NCBI GenBank assembly: GCA_040753155.1
Contig: JBFMEU010000006.1
Coordinates: 1 to 60,233, forward strand
DNA from: Bacillota bacterium
GTDB taxonomy: Bacteria > Bacillota > Desulfotomaculia > Desulfotomaculales > JBFMEU01
Direction of reading: 5' to 3'
Length of the DNA stretch: 60,233 nucleotides
A program made the translations under genes and the position numbers. The notes under the pieces were generated by a model. That model saw nothing but the letters and a program-made list of their open reading frames with translations. It was not told where the DNA came from and made no database searches. Positions 19,561 to 27,910 of this stretch are shown here, piece by piece (positions within the stretch are counted from its first letter, which is position 1; each line of letters opens with the position of its first letter).

Positions 19561-22500
19561 GTGAAAAATATGAGTGCCATTGTTCAGGAGATACCGGAAA
19601 AGAAGGTTGGTGCGGTCCTGGTGGTAGGGGCCGGCATCAGCGGCATGCAGTCGGCTCTGGATCTGGCCGAGGCCGGTTTCAAGGTTTACCTGATCGAGCG
19701 CAAGCCCAGCATCGCCGGGACCATGCCCATGCTGGACAAGACTTTCCCCACCAATGACTGCTCCATGTGCATCCTCTCCCCCCGGGTGGTGGATGTAGGG
19801 GGGCACATGAATATTGAAATCATGACCATGTCCGAACTGGTGGGGTTGGAGGGCTGGCCGGGCAATTTCAAGGCCACGGTTAAGAAGCATCCCCGCTACG
19901 TGGATATTAACAGGTGTGTCGGCTGTGGCCGCTGCGAGACAGTGTGCCCCCAGGTGGTCAGCAATGACTTCAACCAGGGGCTGGACGGGCGCAAGGCCAT
20001 TTACAAGCCCTACGCCCAGGCCTTTCCCAACGCCTATGTAATCGACCGGGAAAACTGCATTCAGTGTGGGGCTTGCGTGGAAAAGTGCGGCCCCAAGGCC
20101 ATCAATCAAGATATGACGGAGGAAGATGTGGAACTGGAGGTGGGGGCTGTTGTCCTGGCCCCCGGCTTTGAAATTTTTGACGCCAGGCTGAAGGGCGAGT
20201 ATGGCTACGGGATTTACCCCAATGTGGTTACCAGCCTGCAGTTTGAAAGGCTGCTCAGCGCCTCCGGCCCCAACCAGGGGCACCTGATCAGGCCCTCGGA
20301 CGGCAAGGAGCCCCAAAAGGTTGCCTTCATCCAGTGTGTCGGGTCCCGGGAGCCGGGCAAGGACCGTAATTACTGCTCCGGCGTTTGCTGCATGTACGCC
20401 ACCAAGGAGGCCATCGTGGCCCAGGAGCACACCCCGGGCCTGGAGGCGTCCATCTTCTGCATCGACGTCAGGGCCTTCGGCAAGGGCTTTGAGCAGTATT
20501 ATGACCGGGCCCGGAATGAATACGGGATCCGCTATGTAAAGTGCCTGGTATCGTCTGTTAAGGAGCTGCAGCAAAGCAAGAACCTGCTGCTGAGATACCG
20601 CACGCCCTCAGGCGAGGTGCGGGAAGAGGAGTTTGATCTGGTGGTGCTTTCCGTCGGCCTAAGGCCTTCGGAAGGTACGGCAAAGCTGGCCGGGGTGGCC
20701 GGGATTGGCCTGGATGAGTTCGGCTTTTGCCTGCCCGGGGAAGAAACCTGTACCACCACCCGGCCGGGTGTGTTTGTGGCGGGAACCTTTGCCGGCCCCA
20801 AGGACATCCCCGAAACAGTCATTGAGGCCAGCGCCGCCGCCGGTTATGTTTCACGGCTGCTGGGCGAGGCCCGGGGTACCCTGACCGCCTGCAAGGAGGA
20901 TATTCCCGAAAGGGACGTTGCCGGCGAGCAGCCCCGGATAGGTGTTTTTGTCTGCAATTGCGGCATCAACATCGGGAGTGTGATCAATATTCCCGAGGTG
21001 GTTAAATACGCAAAGACCTTAAAGGATGTGGCCTTTGCCGAGGAATTTCTCTTTGCCTGCGCTCAGGACAGTTTGGAGCGGATTAAGAGGCGGATTAAAG
21101 GTCAGAAGCTAAACCGGGTGGTGGTGGCCTCTTGCACCCCGCGCACCCACGCGGCGCTGTTCCAGAACGCGCTGCAGGAGTCGGGCCTGAACCTTTATTT
21201 ATACGAGCATGTGAACATCCGGGAGCACTCATCCTGGGTGCACCGGGAAGAGGGTGAGGCGGCTACCGTCAAGGCCATGGATCTCATACGCATGGCTGTG
21301 GCCAAAGCCCGCCTGCTGGAACCCATTGCAACAACCTATACGGACATTAACCGCCAGGCGCTGGTTGTGGGCGGCGGGGCGGCCGGTCTGGCCGCGGCAC
21401 TGTCCCTGGCCGAGCAGGGCTTCAAGGTTTCCCTGGTGGAAAAAAGTCCGGAGCTGGGCGGCAGGCTCAGGGACTTGCGCTACAGCGTTGACGGCAGTGA
21501 CCCTGCAGTGCTGCTGGAGAGTTTGGTTGACCGGGTGAACCGGCACCCCGCCATTGAGGTGTTCACCGGCAGCAAGGTGGTGGAGGTGGGGGGATACCCC
21601 GGCAACTACAGCACCAGGGTGGATACCGGCGGTGAAATAAGGGTAATTGAGCACGGCTCCACCGTTATTGCCACCGGGGCCCGGGAAGTTACGCCGGCGG
21701 AATACCTGTACGGCCAGAGTCCCCATGTGCTGACCCAGACCCAACTGGAAAACCGGGTCAGCCGGGAAGGGCTGGATGGGGTCAAGAATGTGGTGATGAT
21801 TCAGTGCGTGGGCTCCAGGGACAGTGAAAGACCTTACTGCAGCAGGATTTGCTGCACCCATGCCATCAAAAACGCCCTTAAGATCAAGGAAGTCTCCCCG
21901 GATACCAATGTATATATTCTCTACCGGGATGTCCGGGTTTACGGAATAAAGGAAAAGTATTACACCGAAGCCAGGCGCAAGGGCGTAATCTTTATTCGCT
22001 ACGAGCCGGAGGAGAGGCCGGTGGTGACAGCCGGCCCCAATGGCGCCGTGGAGGTCAGGGTAAAGGACCGGATCCTTGGCTGCACCCTGGTCATAGATGC
22101 CGGCCTGCTGGCGCTTAGCACCGGTGTGCTGCCGGGTGAGGATAATGAGAAACTGAGCCAGTTGTTCAAGGTACCCCTCAGCGCCGACGGCTTTTTACTG
22201 GAGGCGCACATGAAGCTGCGCCCGGTGGATTTTGCCGCCGACGGCCTGTACCTTTGCGGCCTGGCCCACTCGCCCAAGCTGACCGATGAGTCAATTGTCC
22301 AGGCCAATGCCGCGGCCATGCGGGCCGTAACCTTGCTGTCCAAAGACCAAGTAGAAAACGTGGCCCTGACCGCCACGGTGGATGAAGATTTATGCGCCGG
22401 GTGCGGGCTCTGTGTAAAGGCCTGCAGTTATAACGCCCGCCAAATGGGTGAGGTGTCCGGGGTGGCGGAAGTGGTGGACGTCCTGTGCCAGGGCTGCGGG

Positions 22501-22593
22501 GCCTGCGTTGTGGCCTGCCCCAGCGGGGCCAGCCAGCAAAAGGGATTTGAAAAGGGACAGATGATTACCATGATCAAGGCGGCTCTTTTGTAG
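19561..22593 (+). CDS. hdrA: Heterodisulfide reductase subunit A-like (tandem HdrA, about 1010 aa)
   Basis: Same motifs as the upstream paralog without the GltD insert; start may be ATG 19570. Confidence 0.92.
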   Translation: MKNMSAIVQEIPEKKVGAVLVVGAGISGMQSALDLAEAGFKVYLIERKPSIAGTMPMLDKTFPTNDCSMCILSPRVVDVGGHMNIEIMTMSELVGLEGWPGNFKATVKKHPRYVDINRCVGCGRCETVCPQVVSNDFNQGLDGRKAIYKPYAQAFPNAYVIDRENCIQCGACVEKCGPKAINQDMTEEDVELEVGAVVLAPGFEIFDARLKGEYGYGIYPNVVTSLQFERLLSASGPNQGHLIRPSDGKEPQKVAFIQCVGSREPGKDRNYCSGVCCMYATKEAIVAQEHTPGLEASIFCIDVRAFGKGFEQYYDRARNEYGIRYVKCLVSSVKELQQSKNLLLRYRTPSGEVREEEFDLVVLSVGLRPSEGTAKLAGVAGIGLDEFGFCLPGEETCTTTRPGVFVAGTFAGPKDIPETVIEASAAAGYVSRLLGEARGTLTACKEDIPERDVAGEQPRIGVFVCNCGINIGSVINIPEVVKYAKTLKDVAFAEEFLFACAQDSLERIKRRIKGQKLNRVVVASCTPRTHAALFQNALQESGLNLYLYEHVNIREHSSWVHREEGEAATVKAMDLIRMAVAKARLLEPIATTYTDINRQALVVGGGAAGLAAALSLAEQGFKVSLVEKSPELGGRLRDLRYSVDGSDPAVLLESLVDRVNRHPAIEVFTGSKVVEVGGYPGNYSTRVDTGGEIRVIEHGSTVIATGAREVTPAEYLYGQSPHVLTQTQLENRVSREGLDGVKNVVMIQCVGSRDSERPYCSRICCTHAIKNALKIKEVSPDTNVYILYRDVRVYGIKEKYYTEARRKGVIFIRYEPEERPVVTAGPNGAVEVRVKDRILGCTLVIDAGLLALSTGVLPGEDNEKLSQLFKVPLSADGFLLEAHMKLRPVDFAADGLYLCGLAHSPKLTDESIVQANAAAMRAVTLLSKDQVENVALTATVDEDLCAGCGLCVKACSYNARQMGEVSGVAEVVDVLCQGCGACVVACPSGASQQKGFEKGQMITMIKAALL

Positions 22594-22601
22594 AAATATA
22601 T

Positions 22602-22700
22602 TTGCCCGGGGACGGATGCTTGCCGCTTGTTCATAAACTGCGCACCGGTAAGGCAAGCCTCGTTGCGGACCGGCTCCGGCGCTCTGTCCCCTTTCCGGGC
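22602..22700. repeat. GGGGAC-bounded structured intergenic repeat (family E-like)
   Basis: tgcccggggacgg ... ctgtcccctttccgggca with an inner hairpin. Confidence 0.4.
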
Positions 22701-22878
22701 ATTTTCATCCTTTGCTGGCGCCGCTTCAGCGGCAGGGACATTTGTTTGACAATAACCGGTTGGTAAATAACTGCCAGTTTACAATACAACGGCAGACACC
22801 AAGTATGGATACAGGGGGTCTAGGAATGAAAATTATGGACAATAGCTTTACCCGTAAGGGTCAAGGGGGTAAGCAAAA

Positions 22879-23721
22879 GTGAAGATGGCGTACTATCCCG
22901 GCTGTTCCCTTGGGTCCACGGCTATAGAATATGACCAATCTTCCCGGGCGGTGTGCTCCGCCCTTGGGCTTGACCTGGTGGAGTTGGAGGACTGGAGCTG
23001 CTGCGGGGCAACTTCCGCACACAACCTGGACCACCTGCTTTCCGTGGTCCTGCCCGCCCGCAATATAGCCCTGGCCCAGCCAAGGGGGCTTGATGTGGCC
23101 GTTCCCTGTGCCGCCTGCTTTAGCCGCCTGCGCAAGGCTGACCATACCCTGCGTCATGATAAAGGCACCCGCCGGGAAGTGGAAGAAGTCATTGGCTTTA
23201 AATATGAGGGTAAAATACGGGTGTTATCCCTATTGGAGGGGCTGGTGTCCGGGGTCGGGCTGGACAGAATTGCCGCCAGGGTGGTTAGCCCGCTGCGGGG
23301 ATTGAAGGTTGTATGCTATTACGGCTGCCTGATGGTGCGGCCCCCTGAAGTAAGTGGTTTTGACCGGGTGGAAAACCCCGTTATGATGGATCATCTGGTG
23401 GAGGTACTGGGCGGGGAGTCGCTGATGTGGTCTTATAAAACAGATTGCTGCGGGGCCGGCCTGGCCCTCACCAACACCCCCGTGGTGGAAAAGCTGGTGA
23501 GACGGCTGGCCGGCGCCGCCAGGGAGGCCGGGGCCTCCGCCATTGTGACCGCCTGCCCCTTGTGCCAGAGCAATCTGGAAATGAGGCAGGACCAGGGGAC
23601 TAAAATACCTTCCTTTTATTTCACCGAGCTGGTGGGGATGGCCCTGGGACTTAAAGAGGCGCGGGGCTGGCTGGGCAAACATCTTGTTGATCCGGGGCCG
23701 GCCCTTGCTTGCCAGAAATAG
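22879..23721 (+). CDS. hdrB: Heterodisulfide reductase subunit B
   Basis: YYPGCSL, WSCCGA, YYGCL, CCGAG, TACPLCQSNL (CCG domains). Confidence 0.95.
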   Translation: MKMAYYPGCSLGSTAIEYDQSSRAVCSALGLDLVELEDWSCCGATSAHNLDHLLSVVLPARNIALAQPRGLDVAVPCAACFSRLRKADHTLRHDKGTRREVEEVIGFKYEGKIRVLSLLEGLVSGVGLDRIAARVVSPLRGLKVVCYYGCLMVRPPEVSGFDRVENPVMMDHLVEVLGGESLMWSYKTDCCGAGLALTNTPVVEKLVRRLAGAAREAGASAIVTACPLCQSNLEMRQDQGTKIPSFYFTELVGMALGLKEARGWLGKHLVDPGPALACQK

Positions 23722-23730
23722 TTGGGAAAA

Positions 23731-23848
23731 GTAACTACTCAGGAGTCAGGAGTCAGGAGTCAGAATGAGAAAACCAGTGAAAACATTTGAAGATTTACTG
23801 GTATGGCAGAAGGCGCACCTGTTTGTACTTGCGGTTTATAAAGTATAA
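23731..23848 (+). mobile_element. Family D element: 3x TCAGGAG plus four-helix-bundle N-terminal mini-ORF (23765-23848)
   Basis: MRKPVKTFEDLLVWQKAHLFVLAVYKV*. Confidence 0.8.
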
Positions 23849-23864
23849 TTTTCATAAGCAACTA

Positions 23865-23921
23865 AAAATGGGGACAGGCTGCTATTTTCGCAAAGCGAAA
23901 ATAGCAGCCTGTCCCCATTTT
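23865..23921. repeat. Family E perfect inverted repeat (27-bp arms, 3-nt loop)
   Basis: aaaatggggacaggctgctattttcgc-aaa-gcgaaaatagcagcctgtccccatttt, between convergent genes. Confidence 0.8.
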
Positions 23922-23927
23922 GGTTTT

Positions 23928-24236
23928 TTACATCAGTCCGGCCTGGCTCAATAGCAGCTGCCTGGAAACCTTGCCGGTGGGGGTTCTGGGAATTTTGGCA
24001 AAAACAATAGATAAGGGCGCCTTCATGAGGTTGGTTTTTTCCTTGAACAAGTCCAGCAGTGACTGTTCAGTGGTCGCGGGATCGCATTTTGTTTCAATAA
24101 TAACGCGGAAATATTGGCCCTTCTGGGGATCATCAACCGTTATGACGACGACATCTTCCACGCAAGGATGGCTGCTGATGCGCTTTTCCATCTGCCTCAC
24201 CTGAATCACCATATCATTTGAATAGATAGTATTCAT
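23928..24236 (-). CDS. Stand-alone AMP-binding enzyme C-terminal domain protein (102 aa)
   Basis: EKRISSHPCVEDVVVI..DDPQKGQ, IPRTPTGKVSRQLL; AAGGAGAGG RBS before ATG 24236. Confidence 0.7.
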   Translation of the reverse strand: MNTIYSNDMVIQVRQMEKRISSHPCVEDVVVITVDDPQKGQYFRVIIETKCDPATTEQSLLDLFKEKTNLMKAPLSIVFAKIPRTPTGKVSRQLLLSQAGLM

Positions 24237-24326
24237 TAATTTCCTCTCCTTTTGCGTGGATGGCGCAATAAACCACTCTATGTTCATAATATGAATTTCT
24301 AAACATTCCGACAATAACAGGGTGCC

Positions 24327-24407
24327 AAAAGGTCAATATTCAATGGCGAATGGTGGGCCGGTTATTTATTAAAAGGCAAACCATTCGCCATTGAATATTG
24401 ACCTTTT
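24327..24407. repeat. Perfect 28-bp inverted repeat with 25-nt spacer
   Basis: aaaaggtcaatattcaatggcgaatggt / accattcgccattgaatattgacctttt. Confidence 0.85.
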
Positions 24408-24480
24408 AAGCATCAAATATTGCGGTTCGGGGAAAAGCCTAGCTGGTAGTAAGACGTGGATATAAAACCTTATATTTTAT

Positions 24481-24541
24481 CACTGGACTCGGCTAACATT
24501 CAGAGGGGGTTGAATTCCCCTCTGAATGAAGTTTCGTTCAA
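24481..24541 (+). mobile_element. Family A short form (61 bp), copy A3
   Basis: TTAT|CACTGGACTCGG...GTTCAA; lacks the left hairpin. Confidence 0.8.
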
Positions 24542-24564
24542 ACTCCGGCGCCTGAGATGTCCAC

Positions 24565-25008
24565 TTACTCCGTTTGCAGTGGCTCCGGCCAGTCCCGTAC
24601 GCCGTCCTGCAGGTTCAGAACCCGGGTGTAACCGTGTCTGGCCAGTTCGCCCGACACCTGGCCGCTGCGGTTACCGGAATGGCAGATCACCACCACCGTC
24701 CTGTCCCGGGGTATCTCATCCAGGCGGCCGGTGATCTCTCCCAGGGGAATCAGCACAGAACCGGGTATATGCCCGGCGCTGAATTCATGAGGCTCCCTGA
24801 CATCAAGGAGAAATGGGGGGTCATCACCGGTCAGCAGGGTTTGTAGTTCCGCAGCCCTGATATCCCGGTAACCTGGATCATTCGTGGCCTGCCGATCGCC
24901 GGCGCAGCCCAGGGCCAGGGCCAGGGACAGCAGCAATAACGCTGCGATAGCCGTAAACAGAAGCCGTTGCCTTACCATCCAACTCACCTTTCCTGGTAAA
25001 AATATCAT
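24565..25008 (-). CDS. Rhodanese-domain protein, probable lipoprotein
   Basis: Hydrophobic signal ending LALGC; LDVREPHEF, GHIPG, CHSGNRS; start may be ATG 24978. Confidence 0.85.
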   Translation of the reverse strand: MIFLPGKVSWMVRQRLLFTAIAALLLLSLALALGCAGDRQATNDPGYRDIRAAELQTLLTGDDPPFLLDVREPHEFSAGHIPGSVLIPLGEITGRLDEIPRDRTVVVICHSGNRSGQVSGELARHGYTRVLNLQDGVRDWPEPLQTE

Positions 25009-25091
25009 CTGCGTAAATTTGGATAGGCCTCTTTTACGCTGGGTATACTTTGTTCAGAATCAACCATCTTATACGGGCAGGAGGATCGAAA

Positions 25092-25196
25092 ATGGCCAAG
25101 GTTAATAAAAACGCTGCCAAGGCGCCTCAGCAAAAAGCCGAGGGCAAAAAGAAGAAGCGGCAGAACCAGGAACTACAGGCCAATGTGAAAGAGTAG
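25092..25196 (+). CDS. Small basic protein, 34 aa (not in ORF track)
   Basis: AGGAGG RBS; MAKVNKNAAKAPQQKAEGKKKKRQNQELQANVKE*; terminator directly after. Confidence 0.65.
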   Translation: MAKVNKNAAKAPQQKAEGKKKKRQNQELQANVKE

Positions 25197-25202
25197 AAAA
25201 GT

Positions 25203-25229
25203 AGAGGTGTCATCCGGCACCTCTTTTTA
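25203..25229 (+). terminator. Rho-independent terminator
   Basis: agaggtgtc-atcc-ggcacctct followed by tttt. Confidence 0.7.
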
Positions 25230-25377
25230 TCGTACAAAATTATGTCTGCCCGGGAAAGGATACCAGCTCTGTCTGTAGAATACTCGGATAGAAACTGAAA
25301 ACTCCTGCCTGGCAGAAACCAGGTGTTACTTTTGCTTCTTCCCTCCGGGGAGCCGGGGCAACAATAAGCGCCGGCTG

Positions 25378-25590
25378 TTAGTTGGGGTGTTTAATACGGC
25401 TCAGGTGAAAGTGATTGTGATGGACTTTCAGGCTGTGTTCTGTGCCGCATATGGTGCAGGTGCGGGTTTCACCGTCCAGAAAGCGGATTTCACCGATATG
25501 ATTGCCGCAGCACTTAATTTCAATGCTGATAATTTGACCGTTTGCCAGCTGGTTGATGCGGTAGTCCTTGGCCTTTGTCAAGTGAGACAC
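25378..25590 (-). CDS. Small Cys/His-rich hypothetical protein
   Basis: KCCG...CTICG...HHNHFH; GGGAG RBS (true start possibly TTG 25581). Confidence 0.6.
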   Translation of the reverse strand: MSHLTKAKDYRINQLANGQIISIEIKCCGNHIGEIRFLDGETRTCTICGTEHSLKVHHNHFHLSRIKHPN

Positions 25591-25742
25591 TCCCCTGCCA
25601 AAATTTTAAATTGTTACAATCGAAAAATAGAAATTAATTCTTGGTCCTATTATAACCCTTAAAAGACCTTCGTCATAGCGCTTTTTTCATTGATTAAAAT
25701 ATTCCAGTTTGTTTAGAATAAAGTAAAGGGGGGAATCTATAA

Positions 25743-26207
25743 ATGGATTTTATGCAAAAGTTGTTGAGGCGAGCCAAAAATTTAAGCGGGGAATTAAGTG
25801 AGCATGCCAAGGAGTTGGGGGAAAAGGCCAAGGACCTGACCAAGCGCTCCGGCGCCCTGGTGGAGTCGGCCAGACTTAAATATGAACTGTCCAAGCTGGA
25901 AAAGGAAATGGAAAACAATATGGCCGGCCTGGGGACCCTGTACTATCAGCAGCGCAGCAGGGGAGAAAACCTGGAGGAAGATATTCAACGCCTGATGGAG
26001 GCCTCCGGTAAACTGGAGCAGGAGATCAAAGCGCTGGAGGAACAGATTGACAAGGTTAACCCGGGTTCCGCCAGGTGTAAGGGATGCGGCAAAGAAGTTC
26101 CCGAGGGCGCCATTTACTGTCCTTACTGCGGCAATAGAGTTGTTGATCCGGTAAACCCCGGGCCGCAGGCAGAGCCCGAGAAAAAAGGAGACGTATCACT
26201 GAACTAA
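25743..26207 (+). CDS. Coiled-coil protein with C-terminal zinc ribbon
   Basis: Helical N-terminus; CKGC...CPYCG; stop codon lies inside element A4. Confidence 0.8.
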   Translation: MDFMQKLLRRAKNLSGELSEHAKELGEKAKDLTKRSGALVESARLKYELSKLEKEMENNMAGLGTLYYQQRSRGENLEEDIQRLMEASGKLEQEIKALEEQIDKVNPGSARCKGCGKEVPEGAIYCPYCGNRVVDPVNPGPQAEPEKKGDVSLN

Positions 26208-26326
26208 TCCGCCCTAAGACCCCCGCCTCTGTAGGCGGCGGGTTTCAAAGGGCGGTTAAGTCCAGTATGAACTCGGCTAACATTAAGAGGGGGTTGAATC
26301 CCCCTCTTAAATGAAGTCTCGTTCAA
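26197..26326 (+). mobile_element. Family A element, copy A4 (130 bp)
   Basis: GTAT|CACTGAAC...GTTCAA. Confidence 0.85.
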
Positions 26327-26370
26327 AAGAAAGGCGCGCAGGGGCCGCACCAGCGGCCCCTGATTAAAAC

Positions 26371-26829
26371 TTATTTAACCGACTTAACCATATTACGGAT
26401 AACCTCCGGGTCATCACCGGTGTAAATGGCCTTGGCCGGCCCGTAGCCCTTTTGCTTGGCCTCGTTTTTGGAAAGGGGGCGCAAACCTTTGACTTCCATT
26501 TCCTTGGCCAGCTGATTGGCCCCGGAAAAAAGGAAGCAGGTCCTGGGCGGGCTCCCGTGCTTGTTGATGTTAATCATCTTGCGGTTACCCAGGCTGTAGA
26601 TGATGAGGTGTTCCTGCTCCATCTTCTTCCACCCCATAATCTCGCCCTCGGCAATCATCCGGTCAATCTCCCCGGAAACCGCGAGATAGGCCTTAACCTC
26701 CGGTTCCCTGGCCGCCGCAATTTCCCTGGTCGCAGTCCCTTCATTAACTGTTCTCTTTCTAAACCTGCCAAAAACAGAGTCCAGCAGTTTTGCTACCATA
26801 ATTTTCTCACACTCCCTTTCAACACTCAT
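26371..26829 (-). CDS. Hypothetical protein
   Basis: 152-aa ORF with GGAG RBS; convergent hairpin near 26340-26362. Confidence 0.6.
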   Translation of the reverse strand: MSVERECEKIMVAKLLDSVFGRFRKRTVNEGTATREIAAAREPEVKAYLAVSGEIDRMIAEGEIMGWKKMEQEHLIIYSLGNRKMININKHGSPPRTCFLFSGANQLAKEMEVKGLRPLSKNEAKQKGYGPAKAIYTGDDPEVIRNMVKSVK

Positions 26830-26932
26830 AACTCCACTCTCAACTTAGTTAGATAGTTCTGTGCAAAATGACTTTTCCCTTCCTGCATGGCAAATAACTA
26901 GCGGCTAATTTACAGGAAATGTATCTCATTCT

Positions 26933-27088
26933 GTAACTAGTCAGGAGTCAGGAGTCAGGAGTCAGGTGTCAGAAGTCAGAATGAGAAAACCAGCAAAAAC
27001 ATTTGAAGATTTACTGGTATGGCAGAAGGCGCACCTGTTCGCAGGTTCTGTTGAAGAATGCCGATATTACTTGATACTTACGAAGTGA
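26933..27088 (+). mobile_element. Family D element: 5 heptamers plus in-frame internally deleted four-helix-bundle mini-ORF (26981-27088)
   Basis: MRKPAKTFEDLLVWQKAHLF|AGSVEECRYYLILTK*. Confidence 0.8.
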
Positions 27089-27113
27089 AAACTATTACTT
27101 GGGAGGTTTGCTT

Positions 27114-27875
27114 ATGGATTACCGGGAGCGCATTGCTGCCGTGGCGGAGTTAATTAAAACCTCAACCAAAACCCTGGCCCTGACCGGGGCGGGGGTGAGT
27201 ACCGAGAGCGGTATCCCTGATTACCGCAGTCCCGGCACAGGGCTCTGGGAGAAAATGGACCCGGTTAAGGTTTCCAGCCTCAGTGCCCTGAAAAGGGATC
27301 CGGCCCGGTTTTACGATTTGAACCTGGATAGGTGGACTGCCTATAATGAAACCGAGCCCAATGCGGCCCACCTGGTCCTGGCCAAACTGGAGCAACTGAA
27401 TCTGCTGCTGGGGGTAATTACCCAGAATATCGACAGCCTGCATAAAAAGGCCGGAACCGTCAAGCTGTGGGAGGTGCACGGCCACCTGCGCACCTGCCGC
27501 TGCATGGACTGCGGCTGCGGGGATTACCCCTTTGCCGGTCTGGTGGAGCAGTACCGCCGGGGGGTCAACCCGCCCCGCTGCCAGGCTTGCCAAAACGGGG
27601 TCTTGCGGCCCGATGTGGTGCTCTTTGAGGATCCCATGAATGAGCACTTCTTCCATGTCACCCAGATCCTCTCCGGCTGCCAGCTCCTGATAGTCGCCGG
27701 CAGCAGCCTTACGGTCTATCCCGTGGCGGGCCTGCCCGGGGCGTCCCGGCGCCTGGTAATCGTAAACAACACGCCAACACCCTGGGATGACCGGGCCGAC
27801 ATCGTGCTGCGCGAATCTGCCGGCAGAGTATTTACCGACATCCTGTCAGAGCTGAGAGGGGACGGTTCCTGCTGA
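27114..27875 (+). CDS. cobB: NAD-dependent protein deacylase (sirtuin)
   Basis: TGAGVSTESGIPDYRS, ITQNIDSLH, EVHG, two CxxC, RPDVVLF, GSSL; GGGAGG RBS before ATG 27114. Confidence 0.95.
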   Translation: MDYRERIAAVAELIKTSTKTLALTGAGVSTESGIPDYRSPGTGLWEKMDPVKVSSLSALKRDPARFYDLNLDRWTAYNETEPNAAHLVLAKLEQLNLLLGVITQNIDSLHKKAGTVKLWEVHGHLRTCRCMDCGCGDYPFAGLVEQYRRGVNPPRCQACQNGVLRPDVVLFEDPMNEHFFHVTQILSGCQLLIVAGSSLTVYPVAGLPGASRRLVIVNNTPTPWDDRADIVLRESAGRVFTDILSELRGDGSC

Positions 27876-27910
27876 CTCACTGACTCCACCCTTAGAAGGA
27901 AGTGATATTA

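Noticed and set aside
19130-22330. Near-identical DNA blocks in the two hdrA genes
   Set aside because: Explained by paralogy at conserved motifs (EAHMKLRPVDFAADG).
23765-23848. Diversity-generating retroelement, suggested by the Avd-like fragments
   Set aside because: No reverse transcriptase and no TR/VR pair with adenine-specific differences seen in the window.
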